DNA of 64,000 nt from Auanema rhodensis (taxonomy: Eukaryota; Animalia; Nematoda). Below are positions 1 to 14,402 of this stretch, piece after piece. The translations under genes and the position numbers were made by a program. Numbering within the stretch: the stretch's first letter is position 1; every line of letters begins with the position of its first letter. The stretch spans positions 14,198,001-14,262,000 of the forward strand of contig OZ059898.1 in assembly GCA_964057225.1 (NCBI GenBank), written 5' to 3'. The notes under the pieces are model-generated. The model made no database searches, had not been told where the DNA came from, and worked only from the letters and a program-made list of their open reading frames with translations.

Positions 1-24
1 AAAATGCACAAGAAATGAAAAAGA

Positions 25-36
25 CAGAGAGAGAAT

Positions 37-101
<65 letters not shown>
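25..101. repeat. (AG)n microsatellite
   Basis: Visible GA dinucleotide run. Similar tracts occur at about 4378-4423, 5929-5980, 6537-6604, 11491-11524, 15241-15288, 15560-15587, 16033-16063 and 28791-28830. Confidence 0.95.
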
Positions 102-103
<2 letters not shown>

Positions 104-652
104 TAGAAGGAAATATGAAGACCTAAAAAATGAACATGAGAATGAGAATAAAAAAAAAGAAAAAAAAACGAAATAATACAGGAAATACACGGGGGTGGAT
201 AACTGAGAAGGTATTTCATGTTATGAATAATAATATATCAACCATAATAAGTATTGTTTTAATACTTTTTACATTATTTTTTATGAATTTTAATGTGAAA
301 ATATAAATTATAACATAGATATACATATAAATAGAAATATATGTATATATAGACGTATAGCTAACATATACCATATACATATAGTTAAAGGTGAATGCTC
401 TAAGCTTATGCTATCATGAGAATGTTAAGTATATGATTTTCATTGAAAATCAAAGTACATATAGATGTATAAGTATAATAATATTTATAAATTTGAATTG
501 TTTTTTTCCCAAAACTTGTATGAAATATTGAAAATCTTTGCATTTTGCATAGATAAATCATTTTTTCTTTTTTATAGACATACATACATACATATACATA
601 TATCTTATAAGAACTATTAAAGAGATTTCAAAACATGATGACGATGAATAGT

Positions 653-678
653 AGCAGCAGCAGCAGCAGCAGCAGCAG
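653..678. repeat. (CAG)n trinucleotide repeat
   Basis: About 8 tandem CAG units in apparently non-coding DNA. Confidence 0.9.
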
Positions 679-3240
679 TGAAGTTTGTGGTACTGGTAGA
701 TGAGGTTGGAGCTACTAGTGCTACTGCTACTGACTACTACTACTGAAAGCTATATAGAATAGTATCAGGTTCAAATGGCAGAAAGCATCAAATTAATATT
801 TTTTTTGTTTTTGACCTGTTAATAACGAAAAAAAAAAAGAATTCCGGTATTGTATATATACATATGTATATTTCGTGACCAAATATGTATATATGTATAG
901 TTTAATTGCTTAGTTGTTGATCGTTAAAGACAGAGACATCAACAAACGATAACAGAGTATTATATTGAAATTAATAGTTAATAAAATTATTCATTTTACT
1001 CACTTTTAGTCTATGAATATACCAAAATAAGAACCAATATCTACCAACCCTCTCTTCTTCTTCTTCTTCGTCTTCTATACGCTTAAGTTTTTTTCTCTCT
1101 CTTACCTTTCTCTTTTTCGATTTTTATCTATCTCTCTCTCTCCCTCCTTTTTTTCCGTTTTTGTACATATTTCATCAAAATAATGAAGAAAAAACATATT
1201 TTTCTACTGGCTGTGTGCATCTGGTACCTCAGTAATTCCACACCATGCTTCAACCACCTCTTCCACACACCCCCCCCCCACCTACTTCTTTCCTTAACTT
1301 TTGACTTTTCAGACAACAGTCCACGTTTCCTGAATAGATTGAGCTTCGATTTTGACGTCGTTCAAAGTCCGGAAACGTTTGGTGCTATTGCTACAAGTCT
1401 ATAGAATCAAGTATTCTATATCATATACAAATAGTTTTTATTCTCGTTAGAAGGAATAATTCTGAATACAACTGTGCTGTGTCATACCCAGGGGGAAGGG
1501 AGGGGGGACAATGTTCAAAGACTTCATAGCTCATCAAAGCAGCCAATTTTTTTTTGTAGGTCATCCCCCATAAAACATTTTCAGTAAAAAACGAAAGAGG
1601 AAGAAGAACGAAAGATAAATGGCCACCACAGTATGAGAATCAGAAATTATGGGTTACAGATCACATCAAATGTTTGAAAAGTAAAAGGTAAATGGATCAA
1701 GTTTGAACTTTTTTTTTGTTTTTCAACATTTTTAGCAAAAAGTCATAGTCGTAGACGAAGAAATTGGAGAAAGAAAAGGGAGCATAAAGAAAAAAAGAAA
1801 TAGGAAAGGAAAAGACATGAATTAGATATGAAAATATAATAAAAGACAAGAAATAATAATAAAGAGTAAAGAGAGTACATACAAGTATCTACAAAATATT
1901 TAAAAAAAAAACTTAAAAAGTAAGTTTTCGAAAAGTATTAATGTCAATCATTAGTTGAACTTAAGAAAAATGAGAAAAAAAAAAGTTTGAAAACAGTTTG
2001 GATGGTGGAAAGTTCTATTTGAAATTGAAAAAAATAAACTTAAGGTCTGTCATGGCTACTACTTGACTATTTGCTGTTTGAACATCTAATTATGATCAAA
2101 AACCATGAATGATCTTTCAGAAGTTCTGAAGACTGATGAAGAGCAATTACAATTCAAAAATGTAATTTTTAAGTTGAAACTCTTAGTCATTCAATACTAT
2201 TACGTAGTAATCGATTACATTTTTTGAAACATTTATATTGAAAATATTAAGAAATTCCGTTTGAATTGGAGCAGATGTTTGAATACAAAGTAGCTTCGAT
2301 TAGCTGAAAGTTTTAATGAGTTCAACAGAAAAGGCTTTATGGTCTATTTAGTTTCAAGTATGATTTTAACAGATGGAATTCCCTTTCTCTCTTTCAAATA
2401 TACTCATATTTCTTTCTCTGTTTCCCTCTCTCTCTCTAAATCCTTCTCACCTCTTTCTCGTTCTCTCTTCTTCTCTTTCAACTTTTAAATTTAACGAGTT
2501 TTCTCTTTTCTCATGTCTTCTGACAGATGTAGCATGCAACATACTCTGTCAGATTTGAAGATTGACCACCGCTGTTTTCAGAAATCCACGTTGCCACTGA
2601 AGTAGGAGGCGTGGGTAGTTATTGAATCTATTCGAGTTGTGCCATTTCAAAATATTTTAACCCATTTTCCTGATTTAGAAACTATGAGTCAATAATACGA
2701 ATTAAATATGTAAGCACAAGGCTTGAAAAGAATTCTGAAGCAGCCAAAGTTTATGGATATTCAATTTAATTTTTGTTTTTTTTTTCTGTTTGAAATTCAG
2801 AAGATCAAGCTTTTTTCGAAATTCCGTCTAGAAACCACTGCTTTCGGAAGTAGATAAGCTAGAATGAATTGTATGTAAAACGGATAACGAAAGACAAAAC
2901 TAATTCAATGATGCCAAACGACAACACACACGATGATCTTGACGTCTTCAGTTTCGATTCGTCGTTCTTGTCTTCATGTATGTGAATGTTCAACACATTT
3001 CCTCGTCCTGATACGAATGATCGAAGAAAAAAAAGAAAATAAAAGAGAAAGCGGAAGAAAAAATATCGGAATAGTGTGAAATAAGATGTTATGTAGGAGA
3101 ACGTAAAATAGTGTGAAGCTATAAAACGTAAGCAATGTTCGTCATCAACATCAATGTCATCAGCTTCAGCATCATCTCGTCCTCGGCATCGTCCTCTTTG
3201 ACGTCGAAGTAGCCGTACTCGTCGTCAGCATCATCAACCT

Positions 3241-3282
3241 CATTATCATCATCATCATCATCATCATCACCATCATCATCAT
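3241..3282. repeat. (CAT)n trinucleotide repeat
   Basis: Tandem ATC/CAT units. They explain the spurious poly-Met ORF 3172..3363. Confidence 0.9.
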
Positions 3283-4375
3283 AGTCATTATCTGTAGCAG
3301 AAGCTGAATTTCCCTAAGAAGCACAAAGAATAAAGTGATTTCATTTCTTCTTAAGGCAATCAACTATTTAAAATGTTAATTAACTCAGTTTATTCTTCAA
3401 AATTGCGTTATTTAGGTATGGAGCTTCATTAATCTCCTCAGCTTCTTCAACAATAATTATCAAACGCTTCGTGAATCTTAAATCCTATTAATCAAACTTA
3501 ATCTATAAGGAATGCTCATCACGTTCTCATTATATTTAAATAATTGAAATCGCCCTGTGAGTAAATTGAGAATAAAAATAATTCCAATACCCCCCTCTCT
3601 CTCTCTTTCTCTCTCTCCGTTTACCACTCTCTCTGTTTACCTCTCTCTCTCTCTCTATTTCTCTCTTTCTCTCCTTTGCATATATTTCTTTCAACTTGTA
3701 ATATCAGACTTAACATACATGTTGCAGCTTATTGTCATATAAAGTTAGCTGTATTATCTTATTTAATAACAAATTTATTCAAAAAAATTTATTAAATTTA
3801 AAAGATTTTTGTGTCAGAAAAACTGAGAAAAAAGGAAATTCAGAGGTGTTCGATCAAGTGAACAAGGAGGTTATCAAGTCTAAAGAAAACTTCTGAGAAA
3901 GTTTATATTATACATAAACGAATCAAATGGAAAATAATTTGACCCAATCATGCATGTGATATATGAGTTTTCCGTGAATAAGCATTATCCAGTTATTTTA
4001 TGAAAAGTAGAGAAGGTTAAGTAACTGAGAGAGAGAGAGAGAAATCGAAACCTTATCTCATAAGTAAAAACTTTTTAAAAAAGCTCATTAATCTTAATAA
4101 ACGTTAGGTACTAAGTTAAAATGCTAATTTTTATATAGTTTTGATTATATATAAAGTACAATTTCAATTAATTCTATTAAAATATTTAAATAATATGAAT
4201 TTTGAATAAATTTTATGAACATATTTAACTGAAAATGAACCCATACTATCGTTGAAGATAATAAGCATTTTATGTGCAAATTATGGTTTTTCGATGAAAA
4301 AAGGTTACATCAGAAGGCGTTTTTCAAATGGGAGCAGCATGATGAACTTAGCTGTAACAGCTCCAATAGATACAG

Positions 4376-4425
<50 letters not shown>

Positions 4426-5933
4426 TATCGTTTGTTCTTGCCTACATGCATAGCTACAAGATAACAAGTAAGAAGCTAAATCAACATCTCAAATCCTAGA
4501 AATAAAAAAATTGAAATTATATGAAACATACAAAGGATATCTGTAAGAATTTATAGTTTTATGAATAACTAGTTAGATATAATGAATGTTTTTAACCTTT
4601 TAATGCTTATATGTATATGTATGAAATGTTTTTACAGTTTATTTGAATTTATACGAAGATTTATTTGAATTTTTGCAATACAAAAAATATTTATCATAGT
4701 AAAAGCATATAAATTGAATTTGAATTTGACTAAAAAAAAAAGAAAAAGAAAAAATATGAAGGTCAAGAAGCTTGAGAGCAGCAAGATGAGCGCAAATTGA
4801 TAGGAATAAATTGGAAGAGAAAAATAGACAAAAATAACTTGTAACATGATGTTTTTCCAACTTCAGAAAAAAAAAGAGAGAAAGAACGAAGAGAAATGAA
4901 TATAAAATGTTCAAAAAGTAGAGTATAGTGAGTAATTAAAATGATGAAATTCACGAAATAAAATATTTTTTTTCTGTTGAAGAGAATTTGAAAGAAAATT
5001 TGTTTTTTTATTTCTGAAATTAAAATAATTTAAGCATCATATTCTTTTATCCAAAGAATAGAAAAACAATAATCTGGAGAAAGACGAATTTCAACAATTC
5101 TTCGTGGATGTGGTGAGGGAGCCTTCAGAATTGGCTAACCATACCCGCTTATTTTCGGTCGTTTTTTCTATTTAAGGATGACAATTCTTGGAAAACGTTA
5201 AGCATCAGGTTGATACATGCTGAATGATGACGGTAATGATGATGATGAAGATGATTTAACATGACAATTTAGAATAGATTAAGTCTCCATTCTTAACTAT
5301 ACCTACATTCATATATATGTTATATACATATAGTTATCTATATATATTTTTTTTAAAAACTTGAAAAACCTAATGATGATTATCATCATTTTCGTTGTTT
5401 TCGCCTATCATCAGTTGAAAATGTGATTTGACTATACGTGAATTACGTGAATTCCTCGAATAATGCAAATGATACATCCGATTGAACCAATTAATCTCAT
5501 TAGAATATTATTTTTCCACATGTAAATGCATAAGACGGTTGTATACAGTGTACTTTTCCTATTTCAAATTATATTTTATTTTATTTTTTAAAAGAAATTT
5601 ATAAAATAAACTTATATTATTCATTAATCTATATATAAACATAATTATATACTTATTAATTGAAGATGAATAAGAGAATAAATAAATAATTTTTTATATT
5701 ATATGATATAGCTAATTATTTATTTAATTAACATTTCATCTATAAATTACTATTCTATTGGTTAAAAGGTTGTAATTTGAAAAAAATACTTATGAAATCA
5801 GCATGATGATGTTTGGTAATAAGGTAATGTATTTATAAATAACAGATTTATCTAAGTAGATACTGTATGTTTCATTTGTTTTGTTGTTTAATTTGCTTAT
5901 TAGGTTCAACAAGAGAGATGTAGAGAGATGTAA

Positions 5934-5980
<47 letters not shown>

Positions 5981-8197
5981 ATAGAAGTTAACCAAATAGA
6001 TTTTCTAATATTATCATACAGTTGAGCAACAATAATGAAATTGAATTGTTACTTATACATACGGAAATGATTTCTTCTAAGTCTGTGACAAGTAAAGTCA
6101 TTGTAAATATGGTGGAAATGAAGCTAAAAAGTAAATAATAAGGAAATTAGAAAATAAAAAATAAATTGTTATATGTAGAATTAAATGATTTAGAATGGAA
6201 TTTTAAAATTTAAAATAACTAAAAATATTTTAAAATATTAATAATAAAACTTTTTATTGAAACTATAAAAATAGATTTTCCTTTTTAAAATATATAAGTT
6301 TTGAAAAACTTCATTTGGATATATTCTTCTAATTGTTTTTTAAGTTTATTTCAGTTTTAAAAATATTTTTTCTTAGAAATTAACAAGAGGAAGTATTATT
6401 TTAAAAATGTTTCTGAACATTTTGATTGTTTTATATTAGATCTTTGAATATTTTATCTAAAGAATTATAGTAATCTGAAGCTTGAACTTCAACTAGACTT
6501 CATTCTTTTCCTCTTTCTCATCATTTTGTTTCATTATCTCCCTCTCCCTCTCACACTCTCTCTCTCTCTCTCTCCCTCTCAATCTCTCTCTCTCTCTCTC
6601 TCTCTATTTCGAACAATTGCCAATCCTGGAAATATCATAACATATGTGTTAAAAACATGAAAATTACAAACTTCAGACTTTGGAGAAATGAGAAAAACCA
6701 AGTCAAATCTAATATTATACTTGTTGATCTTAGATTCTCTGAAATAGCGTGGGATAGTTGCCATACGGAAAATTAGAGATCTAAACTCTTTTCATTCCCA
6801 TTTCAGAGGAAAATGGGAATATGATGACTTGATGTCATTTAGCAGCTTAGGTTGCCATTAAGCAATAAGAAATATATAATATATCTTTTTAATATTTATC
6901 ATCTTTTTCCTCTTAATTGACTAATCTATGCTTTATCTTTAAATACAAAAGCTTAAATATTCATAAAGATCAGTGATTTATAAAGCTTATACAAGTTGTA
7001 AAAGTTGCTCATTTCTCATTATTCATCTTTTTTTTTTCAACAAAATATTCTTTAAATCAAGTTTTATTTCAAGATTATCAAATAAATGTTTCAATTCTAA
7101 GTTAATTTATTGTGCAAAAGTTATGTTTTAATTTATATGATATGTATAGAATCCGCCAACATAATTTAACTTATTACATTATTATTATTATAAAATATAA
7201 TATTGTTTATCTTTATTTATATTCTTTATACTTAATTAAATTTATATATTTTATAATTTTTAATATAAAATAGTTAAAAATTATATAAAAGTATGACTTA
7301 TATACATGTACATACACATGATGATGTTCTCAGTTTCAATCCAATATCATGTGTGGATCAGGCTTCAACCGTATCTCAGGTCTCAAGCTATTTCTTTAAA
7401 TTTTCTCCATTTTTCTTGAACGAATTAGAGAATATTCTTCATTTCTCTAGCTTATATCATTTTACTTAAATTATTTTAATCTTAAATATTCATAGATTTT
7501 CTTCAAATAATTGGTTGGCAAATTCTTTTTTTTTATTAAAGTTGAAAACTTCCGATATTAAGATCATACTATATACGTACCTTGAACTCCTTTTTTTGTG
7601 AAAAGAAAATAAGAAAAAACACAAAAACTTGCTTGCAGCATATTATTTCCCAAATAGTATTTTTGGAAAAGAATTAGAAAAAAAATTAAAATTTGTTTGA
7701 TAAAAATAGAAACACGTGAAAGGTTCTAGGGAGATAGATAGAGAGATAGAGATAGAGAGGGAGGGAAAAAGAGAAAAAGAGTACAAAAATTGGAAAAAAG
7801 AAAGAAAATTTTAATGAATTCAAATGATACAATAGAAGATAAATTATTATTTTTATTTTTTTTTAATGAAAAATATATAATATAATACTAACTATATACT
7901 ATATTAATTATATATTATAAATATATATACATAGATAAGTTTCTATATAATCTATATACTATATACTATATATTCTAATGTAAAATCTTTTTTAAAATTA
8001 TATATTTTGATTTGAAATTCATTATAATTTTTCTGTTATTTTTATATTTCACTGTTTATGATGATTTCAAGACATTCTAGTCAATCTCTGTCTGCCTGTA
8101 TTTTCGAATTTTTGTTTATTTTCTTATCTCCAAATGTCTTTTTTTTCCAAATTTATTTATTTATTTCAGGTTTTTATTATAAAAAATATAAATAAAG

Positions 8198-11100
8198 ATG
8201 TCAAATATAATACAAACATATATTATAGCATCAGCTGCTATTATTACAATTCCAATCTATATTTGGGTTTTAATTATTTTAATTAAAGGTCGCAAACGTG
8301 AACGATTTAACAGTCATTTCTATTCTATTTCCATATCTCATGTAAGTTTTTTTTAGTTTTCTTAATTTGTTTTTAAATATATTAATTTATATATTTATTC
8401 TAAGAAATAATTAAGTTTTAAGTTCTTTTGGAAATTACACAAAAACCTTTTCCCATCTCACGTGCACATATGCAACACGACTTTTTAGTTTATTCACATC
8501 AGGAAATATGATGAGAATTCATGAGAAAAACATAAAAAATCTTTTCAATTAGTACTAATTATCCAGTTCTCGTGTAGTATATGAAGAGTACGTTAAGGAA
8601 AGTTTCAAATATTCTTAGAATTTCGATAAAACACAATATTAATTTTACTTCTTTGCTCTCCAAAGTTGAAATATCAAAAATCCATGGCATAATTGAAAAG
8701 ATCAGAAGAAAATCTATTCAGATAGAATAACTAAAAGAAATATAATTTAAACAAAATTATTCTTTATGTTAATAAATTTATTTATAAACTACATATAGTA
8801 TGTATAGTTAATCCCAAATACATCTATTTCTTCAAAATAATCTACTAATCTTCTATCAAAATATCAAATAATTTACTTTAAAAATAAGAAAATCAATTGT
8901 ATTTCTATCTTCTTCTTCTTCAAAAATTCTCATCTCCTTCTGCTATTCATCTTTAAAACCTTCAAGATCAAACAATCCCAATTCAAATTTCGTATATAAG
9001 TGAACTACGTCTGAATAATCAATAACATTAGCTCTAAAGAACGTATTGATACGTCCAACAGCCATCAGAATATCTGTATTATTCAGATATTCGTATAAAA
9101 CTAATTTAGCTGAAAGTAGTTTATCTTTACTGAAATAAACAAAATCATTTTGAATGAAATAAAAGTCAAATCTTACCTTTCAAAATAGTTTTTTGGAGGT
9201 TCACTTGTATTCATTTAGTTCTTTAGGAAATTATTGTTATAAACTTCTTTAAATAAAAATAAAAATAACAAAAGTTCTTTCAATCAATAAATACAAAATA
9301 TTATTTTAAAGTTTATAACTTTTCTTATTCTAAATGAAATTTCAAATAGTTCGTTTATTAAAACATGAAGATAAATCACAAAACTGATATAAAGTTTTGG
9401 GTTCAAGTTCCTTTTCTACTCTTCGAAGTTCTCTTTCTCGATGTAGATTGGCAAATAACGTAAACTTAAGCACATCAGATGAGTTGTAATGCGGCTCTGG
9501 CTCAGCTCTGGTTTTGAAATCTCCTTGTTCGAATCTGTCGAACCAACCACGAACAATTCCCATGTCAGTTTCCTGACTGAAGACTGTGTTAAGTCTTATT
9601 GAAGCAAGAACCGGATCCGTTCCATTAATGTATTCATAGATCAATACAGTATGCATATCAAGTGAATACATTATCATTTTCTTAATATAATTCATTATAA
9701 TTAATATAATTAAGAAGAATATATTAAGAAAATCTTTAAACTATACCTAAGCTATTGGTAGAGTAGAGCCTTGCGCCTCCTTTCACTATTGCTCACGAAT
9801 TGACAAAGTGATGAAAGAAATTTAAAGAAGAAATATCATTATCATATTATGAAATAGGATTTAATCCATTTTCTCATAGTAAACCACAACTCTCTATAAC
9901 CTCAGGTTATACAATAATATTATTAGTAATAGCTCATCATTGATTTATGAGAAACAATTAAGATTATGAAATTTTGTTTTTAATTTAAATAATTAGAAAA
10001 TAAATAAATAAATAGAAAAAGACTTATTATTTTCAAAAAAAATTATTATTTTAAACCGAAAATGAACTATATGAACATAAAAATAATAATAAATATTATA
10101 AATAAATGTATTTCCTTAAGTAAATTACAAAATATTTATTAATAAAAATAATTTTTCAGGGCTTTATTGATATTGTTGGATTTTTAGTAACATTTTTATC
10201 ATTTAATATACGTGGAATATCAATATTTAAACCATTTTTTTGGTCATTAAATGATACTATTATTGTACAATTTACTTATACACAAACATATTATTTTATG
10301 TATGCAAGATTTATTGGTGTTGTATTAATATCAATACAACGATGTCTTACAGTATCATATCATACTTCATCAATTAATTTTGTAAGTTTACAATTTTATT
10401 TATTATTATTATTATTATTATATAAATAATATTATTAAAATATATATATTATATACTATATCACGATATATTACTTCTATATTCCACATTCAGATTTATA
10501 TTAATGAGCTCACAAGAGCTCGGCGGTGGAGAGGGGGGGGCGGTGTACTGTAATCGAACTTCAAACATATTTTCAAAAGTAATTTCGTAGAAGAACCTGC
10601 TGAAAGTTCCATATTTTCACAGAAATTATATAAATAAAAAGATATTCTGCAACTCAAGTTGTTATGATTCACAAACTTGTTAATTCAAAAAAAAATCAGC
10701 AAAAAGAAGAAAGAAAACATTGCTTGCAGAATAAAAATCATATTTTCTATTCCAAAAATTAATTAAATTGAATATATTCAAGTTCAAAATAATCATATAT
10801 CATATATCATATAGTCTGCTCTAATTACGTTTTCCAGGTTTTTCAAAATGCTCCAACCTGGTCATTTTTCCTTATACAATGGTTATTACCAATACCATTA
10901 TGTATAGACATTATGTTTGCTGATATGACATATGATAATCCAAATAGTTTGAATCATGTCATTAGTTATAATTTTTTATTTGTAAGTATACTATACGTAT
11001 AATTAAGATTTTTAAAAATTTTTATAATTAAAGGGTCACTATATACGAGCAACAGTTATACCTGTAATATGTACAATCATTTGTATTTTTTGTTATGGAT

Positions 11101-11486
11101 CTATTATTTATACATTTCGTCAAAATAATTTTCATAAACATTCAAAAAAGTAAGAAAATTTCATTTAAAATATTGTTTAAACTTGAATTTATTTTCAGTG
11201 GAACTCGAGAACTTAAGCTGAGCATTCAGGTTGTTGGGCTTTTAGTCGGTTTACTACTTATTGCTACTCATTTCATGATGCAACTTATATTTCTCATTGT
11301 AGATGTAAGTTCATATATGTAAATTCACAAATATTTCTGTATTATACTTACAAGCTTATACTGTAATCAGGCGGAACTTGTGTCTCTTGTGGCGAGTAAA
11401 GCATGAGTTCGATGAAGAAATGGCTATATGATTATGAAATGAAAAGAATATAATTCATAATCTAGTTTATACAGTTAAGCATATGT

Positions 11487-11527
<41 letters not shown>

Positions 11528-12013
11528 AAAGAACAAGGAATCTTTCAAAACGTTCTGAGAAGAAGAAAAGTACAGCTGATCATCTAGTAGATCTTCAAGA
11601 TGAATAGAATATATTTCTTTCTTTTTGACCTTTTAAAAAGAAAAAAATCTAGAAATCTTCGATTAAACTTATAATTTTCATTGAAAGACAAATACTTTTT
11701 GATTTCTTTTTTAAACAAAAGAAATCTTTAAACTAAATTATAATATTCAAAGAAATAATTTCTGTTTTATAGAATACTAGTGCGATTATGACGATGAGAT
11801 CGTTCCTACCAGTTTATAACGGATTTTTAACATTCATAAATCCATGGATGATGGTTATAATAAACACGTAAGTTATTTATTTATTATTTTATTTATTTAT
11901 TTATTTTTATTTTAAGAGATATTCGAAAATCAATTATTCGTAAATCGTTAGATCGTGACAGTACTGTTGTGAATATGCGACAGCAAAGTACTATACCTAG
12001 CTTGTCGAAGTAA
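8198..12013 (+). CDS. Serpentine 7TM chemoreceptor, Srv/Srg superfamily, about 307 aa, 7 exons
   Basis: Exons 8198-8341, 10160-10381, 10838-10981, 11034-11149, 11199-11304, 11773-11867, 11917-12013 join in frame with GT-AG ends. Protein has seven hydrophobic segments and motifs FNSHFY..GFIDI, ISIQRC, RELKLSIQV and FINPW. TTTCAG acceptor ends at 8169, upstream of the ATG. Confidence 0.88.
8943..9214 (-). CDS. Second HTH_48-like small gene, 2 exons, 74 aa (possibly truncated by a premature TAG)
   Basis: Exons 9214-9177 and 9129-8943, separated by a 47-nt GTAAGA..TTTCAG intron. Protein: MNTSEPPKNYFESKDKLLSAKLVLYEYLNNTDILMAVGRINTFFRANVIDYSDVVHLYTKFELGLFDLEGFKDE*. It aligns to the neighbouring ORF (LYEYLNNTD/IYEYINGTD, RINTFF/RLNTVF, KFELGLF/RFEQGDF). 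Confidence 0.7.
9342..9695 (-). CDS. Small protein with a Mos1/mariner-type HTH (HTH_48-like) domain and no DDE domain, nested antisense in the receptor's intron 1
   Basis: HTVLIYEYINGTDPVLASIRLNTVFSQETDMGIVRGWFDRFEQGDFKTRAEP follows the mariner N-terminal pattern (LYEF..G...A...I...F.......WF.RF..GDF...EP). Confidence 0.7.
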   Translation of the reverse strand: MNYIKKMIMYSLDMHTVLIYEYINGTDPVLASIRLNTVFSQETDMGIVRGWFDRFEQGDFKTRAEPEPHYNSSDVLKFTLFANLHRERELRRVEKELEPKTLYQFCDLSSCFNKRTI

Positions 12014-12698
12014 TGAAAATCCATAAAATTTTTATATAAATTCATATACATATGTACTAACTTATATTTCAAAAATTTTTTTTTTGCTCAATAATGTACT
12101 TTTTCTTTATTTTTTTATTTTTTTTTAATAAATAATTAAATTTAAATGAGATAATATTAAATATATATAATAACAACAATATATAATGATTGAAAAATCA
12201 TTTTATATAGTTAATATGATCAATATATTTCAGATAATATTAAGTTTTTTAATTTTATTTTAGAAAAACAACATGAAAAGTATTTATTTTTTGAGAAAAA
12301 AAAGAATAAAATGAAATTAACATGATACAGAGAGAGACAGAGAGAGAGACAGAGAGAGAAAGTAAAAGAGAGAGAGATGAACAGGTAGGTGTATATAAAA
12401 GAGAGAGAGAGAGAGAATTAATATATAGATTATCATAATGATTATATATAATATTCTTTTTTTTTCTTTTTTTAAACTACAGTTATTGTATTGGAAATGT
12501 AAGAAGACATGAAAGAAAGAAAAATCATAGATTGAGATAGCAAGCAAGCAAGTAAGCAAGCAAGTAAGTAAGTTACTTCATGTTAGTAAGAAGAATGAAG
12601 TAAGATTAATCACATTCAATCATTTGAAAATATGCTTTCTCCATCCTTATTATAATTTTTTTCTTTTTTTTTGTGGTTTTTGTTGTTTAAACTAATAT

Positions 12699-14402
12699 TT
12701 AACTTGAATGATATTCTCGTCCATTAAACGGCACATCATACAGAAATGCGCGAACTAGTGGCTGAGCTTCATCGCCGGAGTAAGGTGTCAATACCAGATT
12801 CTGAAATTATAAAATTTCAATTAAATACTTAGAAAACTATTAAATGAATTGAAGAACTATTTCATTTTCTTCCTTAATTCTCATATTTCAATTATTTATG
12901 GAAGTTTCTATTACTTTTTCGAAAGTTGTCACATGCAGTTACAACGCTTCAGGAAATCTTAGCGATGTCTGACCTCTGACCCATCATATGTATATCCAGC
13001 TCCTTCCCTCCCCCCCCCCTACTCATTTTCTATTTATTAATCTTTATTTTGTTTTTTTTTGGAAAATTTATATAAATATATTTGAAGAATAATATAAAGA
13101 AATTATTAAATCCTAGAAAATACTAGAAATAGTCAGCAAATTTAAGAATAAAATTAAATCAAAACCTGCAATTTAGGTAAATAAATCAAAATAATTTGAC
13201 TTTTGTTCTAACAACTTTTATCAATTTTTTTCTAAGAAAAAGCTAACCGACTTGTTTCTTGTTTATGATTTTCTTATAATTTTTTATAAAATTAATATAT
13301 ATATATATATATATAGTTAAGCATATCGGTATTTTTAATATAATATAATAATTTATTAAATATTATATTATAAAAATTTAGTTTAAATGGTTTGCGAAGC
13401 TTAACGTTGATCGGATCAACGATGATTAGATCAGGAATTTTCGAGTTTTTATTGTAAATCAAATGGAAAATTAAATAAAAAGTTTTTTAAATATTGCGAT
13501 TCATTAGTATTAATCTCAATAATTCAGAAATAATTTTAATAAAGTAATGTTTGACGTTGATCTACTGATTGATATTCAGAAACTTTTGAACCAAATCCAT
13601 ATAATCTCATAGAAAATTATAGTCTTTTTCTGATCTTTTCTAAGCTTTAATAGAAAAGTTTTAATAAAAATGCTGGATATATTAATAAAATCTCAAAAAT
13701 TGAATGAATTATATTGAAGAAGAATGAAAAGAATGTGTTACTTTGTGCTCAAAATTCATTTAAATAATTATTTTTTGAATAAAATGAATTATTAGATGAA
13801 TATTCATCTTCATCCATCAGATTATTTATTGAAAAAAAGATTATTTGAAAGAAATAAATCAAAACTTACGGATCTCTTGTCAATTGTATTCTCAGAATTC
13901 TCATATTTAGGTAATGGAAGATAACGATAGCTTCGTCCACTTCGGAATAGAGCTCCTCGTAAGCAGTGAACTGATGTCAAGCAAATGACAGCCAAAAGCA
14001 GAACTGAATGGAAAGAATTGTATTTTTATCTTAACTATATTCATATAATTATCCAAAAAAAGGTTAAAAATTCTCGGATATTGGGTTAAGTTGGTGTTGT
14101 TTCTCATCTCAAGTATACTCTGTCATTGCAGATATTTTGGAAAAAAAGGTTGCAAAATTAATTGTTTAATAGATCTTTATACATGAATAATATATGAAGT
14201 TAAGAGATTAGATATCATTTATCCATCTTTTAAACTTTAAAGTTTCAAGTAAAGTTTGACTTTCATATAAAACTTTCTTAACTAATATGTAATAGTTAAT
14301 GATTTCATATTATATATATATATATATATATATAATACTTTATCTATTAAAATATTTTATAATACTTGAAAGCAACTTACGAATCTGGAGACGTCGATTC
14401 AT
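12699..14402 (-). CDS. Candidate neuropeptide precursor, 85 aa, 3 exons
   Basis: Exons 14402-14381, 14003-13870, 12800-12699 with strong GTAAG/TTCAG sites. Protein: MNRRLQILLLLAVICLTSVHC-LRGALFRSGR-SYRYLPLPKYENSENTIDKR-SNLVLTPYSGDEAQPLVRAFLYDVPFNGREYHSS*. It has a signal peptide, G-R amidation sites and a KR site. Upstream acceptor at 14452. Confidence 0.8.

Noticed and set aside
2520-2552. Hairpin CTGACAGA...TCTGTCAG
   Set aside because: Too short for a pre-miRNA, with no recognisable RNA family.
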